DNA from: Candidatus Latescibacterota bacterium | Lineage (GTDB): Bacteria; Latescibacterota; UBA2968; UBA8231 | DNA: 64,000 bases | Reading direction: 5' to 3' | NCBI GenBank assembly: GCA_965206595.1 | Contig: OZ242214.1 | Span: 3,616,001-3,680,000 of the forward strand | Shown here: positions 1 through 9,129 of the stretch, one piece after another | Layout: every line of letters starts with the position of its first letter | Position numbering within the stretch: position 1 is the stretch's first letter | Notes under the pieces: model-generated | The model's input: only the letters and a program-made list of their open reading frames with translations | Told to the model about the DNA's origin: nothing | Database searches by the model: none | Program-made: the position numbers and the translations under genes

Positions 1-504
1 GCGACCAACAAGCTGCTGGGCAAATTCAGCGGTCTCGACGGACTCAAGACCGGCTACACCAAGCGTGCCGGGTACTGTCTCGTGGCCACCGCCGAGCGCC
101 GCCGGATGCGCCTCATCTCGGTGATCCTGGGATCGGAGACGGGAAAAGCCCGCTACCGCGAAACCAGGCGCATCCTCGACTGGGGATTCAACCACTTTTC
201 CCGGGTGGCGATCGTCAATTCCGGAGACCCGGTCGCCGCGGTCGCCCTCGATTGGGGCGTCGAACCGGAAGTCGCCGCGGTGGCCACCGACTCCGTTGTG
301 GCGGTGCTCGGCAACGAGGAGGTCCGCGGAATCCGCAAGGAGGTCGAGATCGACTCCGAGCGGGCCGCCCCGGTCGCCGAGGGTGACTCCCTCGGCACTC
401 TCAGGGTGACGACCGGCGAGACCCTGCTGGCCGCCGTCGACCTGGTAGCGCAAAAAACGGTGCAGCGCATGTCGCTGTGGGAAATACTGATGAGCTACTT
501 CTGA
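1..504 (+). CDS. dacA: D-alanyl-D-alanine carboxypeptidase (PBP5/6 family), 5' end outside the window
   Basis: Frame is open from base 1: TNKLL...GLDGLKTGYT..AGYCLV contains the KTG motif, followed by a PBP5-like C-terminal domain (APVAEGDSLG). Confidence 0.85.
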   Translation, partial: ATNKLLGKFSGLDGLKTGYTKRAGYCLVATAERRRMRLISVILGSETGKARYRETRRILDWGFNHFSRVAIVNSGDPVAAVALDWGVEPEVAAVATDSVVAVLGNEEVRGIRKEVEIDSERAAPVAEGDSLGTLRVTTGETLLAAVDLVAQKTVQRMSLWEILMSYF

Positions 505-759
505 ATCCCGCCGGGGTGAAGTGAAGCGCACCCCACCTTGTGATTCGCCGCAGGCCGGGTGGCCGGTTGCGGCGCCATCTGGCCTCGGGATTCCACCTGT
601 TACCACGGGTGTTTCCGGGGTCAACTCGTGATCCTGTGACCTCCCGATCGGTAGACGTCCCTTCCGAAAGGTGGCTTCGGCGCTGGCTGGCGCGCCTGGA
701 ATTCCTTGATTTAAAATAGCTCCCGGTTCCTTGCACCTGAGACACCGGAGGGTCTCCGC

Positions 760-2415
760 ATGATCCACGAAGCCCTGCTCCACATCGGATTGCTGGTCGT
801 CGTAGCCAAGCTCGCCGAGGGTCTCCTGCGGCGCATCGGCCTGATCTCCATCGTCGCCTACACCCTGGCCGGGGTCCTGCTGGGGCCGGTAGCCGGAATC
901 GTCGAGCCGACGAGTGAAATCGAGCTCTTCCTCGGCATTGGCGTCTTCGTCCTCTTCTTCCTGATCGGCCTCGATGAAATCGACATTCCCGGCTTCATGG
1001 CGACGATCCGAGGCCGCTTCTTCATCGCCGGTGCCCTGTCGGTCGTCATCTCCGTCCTCGTCTCCTGCTGGTCACCTCGGACTTCCTCGGCGTCGATTTC
1101 GCCCTCAATCTCGAATTCACCAAGGCGCTCTGTCTCGCCGGCATCCTCTCGTTGTCCAGCCTCGGCATCGTCGCCAAGGTTTTGTCCGACAAGGGACTGC
1201 TAAAGGAGCTGATAGGCCTGAGGATATTCACCGCGGTCATCATCGCCGAGGTGATCAGCCTGCTGGTGGTGGGCGTCACCATTGGCGAGCTCGATCACGA
1301 CCACAGCGTGGTCGGTCTGTTGGTCCTGCTGGGAGAGATTGCCGGCTTCGTGGTGCTGACCTGGATCATCTCGGCAAAGGTGCTTCCCCGGGCCATAGCC
1401 CTCCTGCAGCGCCTGATCGACGTTCCCGAGCTCTCGTTTCGGGCTGTTGATGGGAGGCCTCTTCCTGGTGGTCGTGGGGGCCGAGGAGATCGGGCTGCAC
1501 GGGTCCCTGGGGGCGCTGCTCTTCGGGGCTTCCCTGTCGGGGCTGCCCAACCGCATGCGCCACGACATCATGCCCGGCCTGCGCAGCACCGCGGAGGGGC
1601 TGTTCGTTCCCCTCTTCTTCGCCTCGGCCGGCCTGCACCTCGATTTCTCCTTTGTCGGCCTTCCGGCACCGACCGTCGCCGCCCTGCTGTTCGTCCCGAT
1701 GCTGGGAAAGCTGGCAGGCGCCTACATCGGCATCGTTCTGGCGCGGCTGGACACGCCGCTGGTCCTGACCACGGGGCTGATGGCGAAAGGGGTGGCCGAG
1801 ATCGCCCTCCTTCTCGTCCTGCTCGAGACCGGCGTCCTCGATCAGAGCATTTTTTCGCTGCTCGTTCTCATCATGTTCGCATACATCCTGCTGACGCCCC
1901 AGATCATCGGCTTCGCGGTCAGCCGGGCAAAGGAGACGGCAGGTGCAGCGACCCCCCGCACCGTGCCCCCTTCCTTCGCCCGCCACGCTCTCGACGGCGT
2001 CGTGGTGAACTCCGTCATGGACCGGACGCGCTCCTATCCCGGCCCGGAACTGTCGGTGAGGGACTTCGCAGACGGCTGGATCGTGCCGAACCAGCACGAC
2101 TACGTCGTCGTCGACGAGGGGGTTCCCGTGGGAGTGCTGCCTCTGACCCGGCTGATCTTCCTGCGCAAAGGTTCCTGGGAGACTACCCAGCTGAGCTCCG
2201 TTCTGCGCCGGAACATCCCCAAGGCCTGGCCCGACGAGCCGATCGACGACGTGCTCGAACGGATGGCGGACAATTCGCTGACGATCATTCCGGTCATGGA
2301 ACGGGAATCGGACAAGTTCCTGGGTACGGTCACCAGCCATGACGTCCTAGACCTGATGGTGCTGATGGACCAGATCCAGGACGAGGTCCAGCGGCAAGGT
2401 ACGGAGGAGGGTTGA
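760..2415 (+). pseudogene. Cation:proton antiporter (CPA2/Kef type) with C-terminal CBS pair, split by two single-base indels
   Basis: Hydrophobic N-terminus (GVLLGP..GI, FLIGLDE) continues across frames at ~1065 (missing C) and ~1439 (extra T). The C-terminus has a CBS pair (VMDR...IIPVM...FLGTVTSHDV). Both indels lie in homopolymers, so the gene may be intact. Confidence 0.8.
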
Positions 2416-2535
2416 GGTGTCCCAAGGAGTGTCCTGGCTGGCCGCCAGAACGTTGGCAGAGTCCGTTGGGACGAGATTCAACAAGGATCAAGCCCAAGTT
2501 TATGGCGGAGCGCGCAATTATTTGTTACTTACGGA

Positions 2536-2700
2536 TTCAATGCGAAGGCCTCAATCGCATCATCCGCATGGTCAAGAACCGCGCCAGTGGATTTAAAACT
2601 CTCGATGCATTGCCGATCTGATTTACATGTGCGTCGGAGACCTCGATATCCCTCTGCAGATCCCGGGCGGCTTCCGTACAATACAGTATGAAACCCTCAA
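2536..2700 (+). mobile_element. Degraded ISL3-family transposase 3' fragment
   Basis: Translation EGLNRIIRMVKNRASGFKTLD resembles the ISL3 C-terminal motif EGxNxxIKxxKRxAxGFRx. It is frameshifted and has no N-terminal part. Confidence 0.6.
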
Positions 2701-3315
2701 AATCTCTCTCTGTACATGCTAAAAATTGTCCTTCGAAAAACCGCGGATATGGCCGCGGTTTTTCACTTACGTGTCGCCTGGAATCGAATGGGTAGAACAC
2801 TTCGAGCGTTACTCTTCCTGTTTCAGAAATGGAAGATTTTCTGGTTGACGGTTTTCGGCGTCTTCAGGCAGCCGAAGAACCCGGGTTTCTCTATTGGCTC
2901 AGAAAGTCGCATGGCGAATGTTCCCCTCGGAGTCACAACCATGAACCCGACTTTCCGCAGCCAAGAGGACCACATGGGCACCCGTCACGCGCGGCATTCT
3001 CATGCGGATTCTTTGAATGCCTACCAGTTCAAGCGAGCTCGGGGCGTCTTCGCCGTCTCCTCCCTCAACCTCATCCCAGAGTGCGATCACCTCCTCCAGT
3101 CGCAGCAGCCGGCGTGCCGCCTCGATGTCGGCCTCGTGTTACAAGATGGAATTCTCATTGTGTTATAACCCTGTCAGATGCCTTTTGTTTCCTCTACCCT
3201 CAGAAATAGCGTGCCAGCTTCAACGACAGACCGGGCTCCACCTCGTCGAACGGAGTGACCCAGTTTTCGCCGCTCAGCCCAAAATCGCCTGCCATGGGGC
3301 AACGGGGGCACGCTC

Positions 3316-3344
3316 TTGACCGTGCCCCCCGGCTACTCTAGCTT
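3316..3344 (+). promoter_or_regulatory. Sigma70-type promoter of tRNA-Val(GAC)
   Basis: TTGACC-17 nt-TAGCTT, ending 10 nt before the tRNA. Confidence 0.65.
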
Positions 3345-3354
3345 GAATGACCCG

Positions 3355-3431
3355 GGGCGATTAGCTCAGTTGGTTAGAGTGCCTGCTTGACATGCAGGAG
3401 GTCACTGGTTCAATTCCAGTATCGCCCACCA
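3355..3431 (+). tRNA. tRNA-Val(GAC)
   Basis: Cloverleaf with acceptor GGGCGAT/ATCGCCC, anticodon arm CCTGC-TTGACAT-GCAGG and encoded CCA. Confidence 0.97.
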
Positions 3432-3439
3432 TTGAATCT

Positions 3440-3471
3440 GCAACCCCCCCATTCGCGGGGGGTTGCTTTTT
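3440..3471 (+). terminator. Intrinsic terminator after tRNA-Val(GAC)
   Basis: GCAACCCCCC...GGGGGGTTGC hairpin followed by TTTTT. Confidence 0.75.
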
Positions 3472-5443
3472 ATGTACGCGCCCCCCAGCGGGCGGCCTCC
3501 CGGCGCAAACCCGGCAGCTCATCTCCCCTGCCGGCGCGGCGCAGGATTCGATCCGCGAGCTTGTACACCTGCGGCATCAGCGGATCGATTGCGATCGCCG
3601 CTTGAATGTGAGCCCAAGCGCGGTCGTGCTTTCCCAGATCGTCCAGTCGAAGGGCGACGTTGTAGCGAATCGTGCGCGAGTCGTGGGCGATCTCCGCGGC
3701 GCGCTCGAAAGCGAGGACCGCCTCCTCCTTGTCCCCCCTGAACAGCAGGTTTTCTCCCCTTTTGAACCAGTAGTTCGCCTGAATGATCCGCGCCCAGGGA
3801 TCGGCCAGGTTTCCCGCCGCCGCCGCGTCGGTGGTATCCGGGAACACCTTTTCCTCGGGGAGCCTGGCTCCGCTCTTCAGCACCCGGTACGACAGCCCTG
3901 CCGGAACGAAATCGAACCCTTTCGCGGGAAGATCGCGGGGCACGAGAAAATGGACCGCCCTGCCGGTGACCGACTCCTCGACGAGGCGTTTCAACAAACG
4001 TCGACGCACCCGCGCCTTTTCACGCGGCCCCAGGTGGCGCGCGCTCAGGGGAAGGATGTCCTCTCCCCTTCCGGCCCGCATGTACAGAGTCACGTCCGGC
4101 CTCGCTTCCTCCACTCTGTGCAGGTAGTCGACGATGAAGCTGGCGTCGTCTCCCTCGGTTATCAGAATGGCGTTCCTCGGCAGCTGGGCGAGGATGTCCA
4201 TTCCGTACCGGTGGGCGAGGCGAATGCCGCTGCGGTCCGCCTCGCGGAAATTCATCGCAACGACGGCCGCCACCACGGCAACCGAAACGGCCACCGGAAT
4301 TCCCCCCCGACCGATGACTCGTCCCAGTCTGGCGCTGAGATCGTCCAGCCCGTAGGCGATGAAAACCGCGGCACCGAGAAAGCTGAGCAGGAAGAAGACG
4401 CCGATCCCGTTCGGGTCGCGGTGATAGTTGAGAGCCACTCCGAGGTTTATCAGGACCGTGCTGCCGACAACCCAGGCCACCGTCCCGTCGCGGCGGGCGC
4501 TGACCCACAGACCCCAGACCGCGGCGAGACAGAGCACAGGGGTGTACGCGGAAAACAGATGCTCCAGCCAGCGGCCTGCGTTGAGCAGGATGCCGCTTGC
4601 CGGCATGGTGAAAAAGGCGAAGCGGTACTCGGCGCCGGTGATGTGGTCCCAGAACTGGGCGGGGGTGTCCACGGGGCCCCAGTGGAATCCGGTGCCCAAG
4701 GTGGAGCGGATCGGCAGGTACAGCACCAGGCTGTAGCCGAGGACGGCAGCTGCCGCAACCTTGGCGGCCATCCGCGCCATCTCTGCTACCCTCGCTGCAG
4801 GAGGCCGGTGCGTTCCCCCCCGGTACCAATGCCACCCCCACGCCGACAGCAGTCCGGGCAGAATCAGGGACTGGCTCAGGTGGGTCGTCAGCGCCACTCC
4901 GGCAACATAGCCCCCCAGCATCAGGTTTCGGGCGTACGGGGTCTCCGCCGCCCGCAACCCCAGCCAGATCATTGCCACGGTGCCGAGCATGCTCGCGCCA
5001 TACACCTCGGCGACGACGGCGTTGCTCCAGAAGGTCCCGGAAAAACCGAACAGGAGCGAGCCGGCCAGACAGATCCAGGGATGACAGCCCCGGTCTCTCA
5101 GGAACGCCGCAAGCCCCGCGACCGCCAGGGCGGCAGTGAACGCGGAGGCGACGTTGATCCGGTAGGCGACGCTGTCGAACGGCAGCAGGGCGGAAAACAG
5201 GCGCCCTGTGAGGACGAACAGAGGATATCCGGTCGGGTGGGGCGTGCCGAGGGCGTGCACCGCGCCGATCAGCTCACCCGAACCCTCCACATAGACGGTC
5301 GGGCACAGGGTAGCGAGATAGGCGGCAAAAGAGATGACGAAGGCGAGCACCGCCGGGGGCCATTGGCTGGAGCGAATCATCAAGGCTGGAGGGGAGTGCG
5401 GGCAGGAATTCCTGGAGGCGACCGGCGCGAACCATTCCGTCAT
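3470..5443 (-). CDS. DUF2723-family membrane protein (TMEM260-like GT-C glycosyltransferase) with C-terminal TPRs
   Basis: YLATLCPTVYVEGSGELI...LGTPHPTGYPLF, FWSNAVVAEVY and ILITEGDD motifs, multiple TM segments and a TPR tail. Confidence 0.8.
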   Translation of the reverse strand: MTEWFAPVASRNSCPHSPPALMIRSSQWPPAVLAFVISFAAYLATLCPTVYVEGSGELIGAVHALGTPHPTGYPLFVLTGRLFSALLPFDSVAYRINVASAFTAALAVAGLAAFLRDRGCHPWICLAGSLLFGFSGTFWSNAVVAEVYGASMLGTVAMIWLGLRAAETPYARNLMLGGYVAGVALTTHLSQSLILPGLLSAWGWHWYRGGTHRPPAARVAEMARMAAKVAAAAVLGYSLVLYLPIRSTLGTGFHWGPVDTPAQFWDHITGAEYRFAFFTMPASGILLNAGRWLEHLFSAYTPVLCLAAVWGLWVSARRDGTVAWVVGSTVLINLGVALNYHRDPNGIGVFFLLSFLGAAVFIAYGLDDLSARLGRVIGRGGIPVAVSVAVVAAVVAMNFREADRSGIRLAHRYGMDILAQLPRNAILITEGDDASFIVDYLHRVEEARPDVTLYMRAGRGEDILPLSARHLGPREKARVRRRLLKRLVEESVTGRAVHFLVPRDLPAKGFDFVPAGLSYRVLKSGARLPEEKVFPDTTDAAAAGNLADPWARIIQANYWFKRGENLLFRGDKEEAVLAFERAAEIAHDSRTIRYNVALRLDDLGKHDRAWAHIQAAIAIDPLMPQVYKLADRILRRAGRGDELPGLRREAARWGART

Positions 5444-5556
5444 GGGAGGGCGGAACGGAGTCGTTTGCCAGGCAACCGCCGCCCGGGGCGTCTCGATGTC
5501 CGTGCACGTGAGGATTTCAGCGAAAGCATCAGCTCCTCTTGGACGGACAAGGCCGG

Positions 5557-6369
5557 TCAGGAATTAACCATTACTTCTTCGGCGCTGTCCTCGGGGATGA
5601 ACCCCAGAACCTGCCTGGCGTGATCCAGGTCGACCCAGCGGTGACGGTTGTTGGAAACGCCGTAGAAGATGCCGAACTTGAGATCGTCCGGGGCGTCGAT
5701 CGCCCGCTGAGTAAGCTGGGCGACGTCCCGCTGGCTGCACCAGACGGCGCCCGACTCCGGCTTCTGGGGGTGATCTTCGGCGTTGACCCAGCCGATGCGG
5801 AGACAAAGGGAGGAGATGCCGAGGACGTCGGCCGTATACCGAGCCAGTGCCTCTCCCCAGATCTTGGTCGCCGGATACAACCCCGTGGGGCGGTGCGGCC
5901 ACTCGTGGGTCACGGGATGGACCTGAGTCCCGGCGAAGTCGTCGAACCGTCCCTCCGACAGGGCCTTGTAGGGATGGTCTAGATGGTATCCCCAGGATAC
6001 CATGATCGAGGATGCGTACACCACCCTCTTCACGCGGACGCGCACCGCGGCCTCGAAGACGTTGCGGACACCGATGATGTTGCTGGACAGCAGGCTGTCC
6101 CAGTTGGCGTCCGGCCGCGGATCGGCCGCCATCTGGACGACGATGTCCATTCCCTGAACCGCCCGCTCGACGGCCTCCAGATTGGCTAGGTCGGCCAGGA
6201 AGAAACGGTCTTCCGGAATCGACGGGGCGATTCCCTTCGGCGCCCGTTCCGATGGCTGTCTGCGGCGCGCCAGTGCATACAACTCGTAGCTGCCGACCTG
6301 CTCGAGGTGGCGATACACCACTCCCGGTATCAAACCGTAGACTCCGGTGATGAGAACTTTTTTGGCCAC
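5557..6369 (-). CDS. NAD-dependent epimerase/dehydrogenase (uronate dehydrogenase-like SDR)
   Basis: VLITGVYGLI nucleotide-binding region, VVYASS, YPATK (YxxxK), LRIG, WCSQRD, YGVSNN. Confidence 0.8.
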   Translation of the reverse strand: MAKKVLITGVYGLIPGVVYRHLEQVGSYELYALARRRQPSERAPKGIAPSIPEDRFFLADLANLEAVERAVQGMDIVVQMAADPRPDANWDSLLSSNIIGVRNVFEAAVRVRVKRVVYASSIMVSWGYHLDHPYKALSEGRFDDFAGTQVHPVTHEWPHRPTGLYPATKIWGEALARYTADVLGISSLCLRIGWVNAEDHPQKPESGAVWCSQRDVAQLTQRAIDAPDDLKFGIFYGVSNNRHRWVDLDHARQVLGFIPEDSAEEVMVNS

Positions 6370-6417
6370 CCTGGTGCCCCCTTTCTATTCCTTGGAATAT
6401 ACGCCGGCAGGAGGGTT

Positions 6418-6981
6418 CTACGCGTCGAGCACACCGATGCAGGGCAGGGCGCGGTAGCGCTGGCAGTAATCCATTCCGTAGCCGATGACGAACAGATCGC
6501 CGATGGTGTACCCGACGTAATCGAGCCTCACCGACACCCGGCGCCTCTCCGGCTTGTCGATCAGGGCACAGGTGTGGATCGACAACGGCCCGTGGGCCTG
6601 AATGGCGGCGATTGCCGCCTGCATGGTCTCACCGGTGTCGACGATGCCGTCGACAAGCAGCACCGGGCGTTCTGTCAGCTCCACGGTGGTCGACTCGGCA
6701 ACCTGGGGCTGGCCCGTCGACTCCCTGCCGCTATAGCTGCTGATCTTTATGAAGTCGTATTCTACGTCCCTGGCGAATTCGGGCGGCATTGCCCTCATAA
6801 GATCGATGGCAAACCGAGCCGCCCCGGTCAGGATACCGATCAGAACAGGCGGTCCCGCCTCGAAATCGCCGCTGATCCGGCGCGCGAGCTCCCCCACGCG
6901 GCGCTCTATCTCTGCGGTGTCGAACAGGACGCGGGGACCATCCTCGCCGATGGCCGCCTCCGGGCTGCCCGAGGTTCTCAC
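6418..6981 (-). CDS. hpt: Hypoxanthine phosphoribosyltransferase
   Basis: IGILTGA..FAIDL, SSYSGRESTG, DTGET and FVIGYGMDY..RYRALP. Confidence 0.85.
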   Translation of the reverse strand: MRTSGSPEAAIGEDGPRVLFDTAEIERRVGELARRISGDFEAGPPVLIGILTGAARFAIDLMRAMPPEFARDVEYDFIKISSYSGRESTGQPQVAESTTVELTERPVLLVDGIVDTGETMQAAIAAIQAHGPLSIHTCALIDKPERRRVSVRLDYVGYTIGDLFVIGYGMDYCQRYRALPCIGVLDA

Positions 6982-7322
6982 CGTCCGGGTCCGCGGACCG
7001 CGTTTTGGAGAGCCATGAGCAAGATGGCGCGATACTCGTCAAGGTCCGGCAGCAGGTGTCTTTCGATGACGAAGATTCCCTCCACGGACTCTTCGAGGTA
7101 GGAGATGATTGTTCGAATGTGGAAATCGGCGCGCAGCGTTCTGAGTCCGGACTCGCCGGTCGGTCTGCGGATGTCGCTGCGCTGGTAATACTCCAGGACG
7201 ACCGGGAAATGTTGAATCAGTTCCTCCGACGCGAAAAGAACGCGAAGCTCCTCGAAGAAGTGGAGGGCGTCCGCGGCCTCCTCTGACCACTCGTCTTTCT
7301 TTACCAGCCAGCGCGGGCCCAT
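6978..7322 (-). CDS. Hypothetical protein (~114 aa)
   Basis: Plausible composition from ATG 7322 (MGPRWLVKK...). Its stop overlaps the hpt start (GTGA coupling). Confidence 0.55.
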   Translation of the reverse strand: MGPRWLVKKDEWSEEAADALHFFEELRVLFASEELIQHFPVVLEYYQRSDIRRPTGESGLRTLRADFHIRTIISYLEESVEGIFVIERHLLPDLDEYRAILLMALQNAVRGPGR

Positions 7323-7381
7323 GCGCAACTCCGGATGAGGCGCGTACGGGGTGGAGCAGGATCTTCTGTCCGTACAAAAGT

Positions 7382-7411
7382 GAAGGGCTGCTCTCCTTGC
7401 AAGCAGCCCTT
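7382..7411 (-). terminator. Hairpin terminator downstream of recA
   Basis: GAAGGGCTGC...GCAGCCCTTC stem followed by ACTTTT on the minus strand. Confidence 0.55.
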
Positions 7412-7515
7412 CGACTCGGGGAATGGGGAGGGCGAAAACGCGGCAGGGCTGGCTGCCCGGGTTTGCTGCCGCGGTATCGCCTGAGTAGCCGGCCGACGGG
7501 GCGGCCGGTTTCCTG

Positions 7516-8760
7516 TTAAGCCGCCACCGGTTTCTGTTTCGCCCCTGACTGACTGGCCGGTGCGGCCTTCTGGACTGCCGTCTTGCCGTTGCCGGCGTTG
7601 ACTGCCGGAGTGCGGCCCGCCGGGTCCGGGACGCTGCCGGCCCCTTCCGTGGGGGCGGGCGTCTTGCCGGCGGCGGCACCGCTATCCTTGCCAGCGGCTG
7701 CTCGCGCCAAGGGAATATTCATCGCCGCGCGGATCTCTTCTTCGATCCGGCCGCAAACTTGCTCGTTCTCTTTCAGATAAATACGCGCGTTCTCCCTGCC
7801 CTGCCCCAGGCGCAGGCCGCCGTACGAAAACCAGGTTCCGCTCTTCTCGACGACCCGGTGCTGAACTCCCAGGTCGAGCAGGTCCCCCTCTTTGGAGATA
7901 CCGACGTCATCCCCACGGAAGAGGATGTCGAACTCGGCCTCTCTGAAGGGAGGAGCGACTTTGTTCTTGACCACTTTCACCCGGGTCCGCCGCCCGATCA
8001 CCTCGTCGCCATCCTTTAGGTTGCCGATGCTGCGGATATCCATGCGCACCGAGGCGTAGAAACAGAGGGCGCGGCCCCCGGTCGTGGTTTCCGGATTGCC
8101 GAACATCACGCCGATCTTCATGCGCAGCTGATTGATGAAGATCACCGTCGTTCGCGACTTCTGTATCGATCCCGTCAGCTTTCTCAACGCCTGCGACATC
8201 AGCCTCGCCTGCAGCCCCATCTGGGCGTCCCCCATCTCCCCTTCGAGCTCCGCCCGCGGAACCAGCGCCGCCACGGAATCGATGACGATGACGTCGAGGG
8301 CTCCGCTGCGGACCAGTGTGTCGGTGATCTCGAGTGCTTCTTCGCCGCAGTCGGGTTGCGCGACCAGCAGGTTTTCGACGTCGACACCCAGCTTGCGCGC
8401 AAAGCCGACGTCGAGGGCGTGCTCGGCGTCGATGAAAGCGGCGATGCCGCCCTGCTTCTGAGCCTGCGCTACCATGTTGAGAGCGCACATCGTCTTGCCG
8501 GCCGACTCGGGACCGTACATCTCGATGACACGCCCCCGCGGAACACCCCCGATCCCCAGAGCGGCGTCGAGCGACAGACAACCTGTCGGGACGACGTCGA
8601 TGTCGACGACTTGGGATTCACCCAGTCGCATGATGGCCCCCTTGCCGAACTGCTTTTCCACCTGGGTCAGGGCCTGCTGCATCGCTCTTTGCCGATCTTG
8701 CCCCTTGCCGTCCTTCCTGGCGTCCGAACCTCTCTGCGTGTTGAACCTGGCCGATACCAT
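7516..8760 (-). CDS. recA: Recombinase RecA with Ala/Pro/Gly-rich C-terminal extension
   Basis: [18 protein letters not shown] Walker [43 protein letters not shown]. Confidence 0.98.
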   Translation of the reverse strand: MVSARFNTQRGSDARKDGKGQDRQRAMQQALTQVEKQFGKGAIMRLGESQVVDIDVVPTGCLSLDAALGIGGVPRGRVIEMYGPESAGKTMCALNMVAQAQKQGGIAAFIDAEHALDVGFARKLGVDVENLLVAQPDCGEEALEITDTLVRSGALDVIVIDSVAALVPRAELEGEMGDAQMGLQARLMSQALRKLTGSIQKSRTTVIFINQLRMKIGVMFGNPETTTGGRALCFYASVRMDIRSIGNLKDGDEVIGRRTRVKVVKNKVAPPFREAEFDILFRGDDVGISKEGDLLDLGVQHRVVEKSGTWFSYGGLRLGQGRENARIYLKENEQVCGRIEEEIRAAMNIPLARAAAGKDSGAAAGKTPAPTEGAGSVPDPAGRTPAVNAGNGKTAVQKAAPASQSGAKQKPVAA

Positions 8761-8857
8761 CTCCGTTCTCTCCCGCCTCTCGGCTTTCTTGCTGAAGGGG
8801 AACGTCCAGCGGAGACGATGAGCACTACCTCTCTGGTGTGCCCTCTGTCTCTCAATA

Positions 8858-8896
8858 ACTGAACATAAGATTACTGAATATTTGTTCAGTTGTCAA
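8858..8896 (-). promoter_or_regulatory. recA promoter with overlapping palindromic SOS (LexA)-like operator
   Basis: Minus strand TTGACA(8896-8891)-17 nt-TAATCT(8873-8868). The spacer is the palindrome ACTGAA-N6-TTCAGT (8873-8890), and an extra ACTGAAC half-site lies at 8858-8864. Confidence 0.75.
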
Positions 8897-9129
8897 GCCC
8901 GGTATTTACTCCCTTGAAGAGACCTGGGACAAGAACGCCCCGCTCGACTCCTGCTGTACGCGTTTTGCCGATGCCCCTTCAACTGCCGTGCCAGACTGCA
9001 CACCGCTGGTCAATCAGATCACAACCACGTGTTTTCAAAGGGAGTTAGGCTATACACCGGATATTACCGGAAGGCGTTGGCCGCCCGGCGCCCGGGTATC
9101 ATCGTATACGGAGGTGTTCCCGACCGGTG

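Noticed and set aside
505-759. Possible riboswitch ahead of the cation antiporter
   Set aside because: GC-rich pairing is possible, but I could not match any conserved riboswitch core. An Rfam search is needed.
3392-5623. 743-aa plus-strand ORF
   Set aside because: Antisense shadow of the DUF2723 gene. It starts inside a tRNA and has no recognisable motifs; such shadows are common at high GC.
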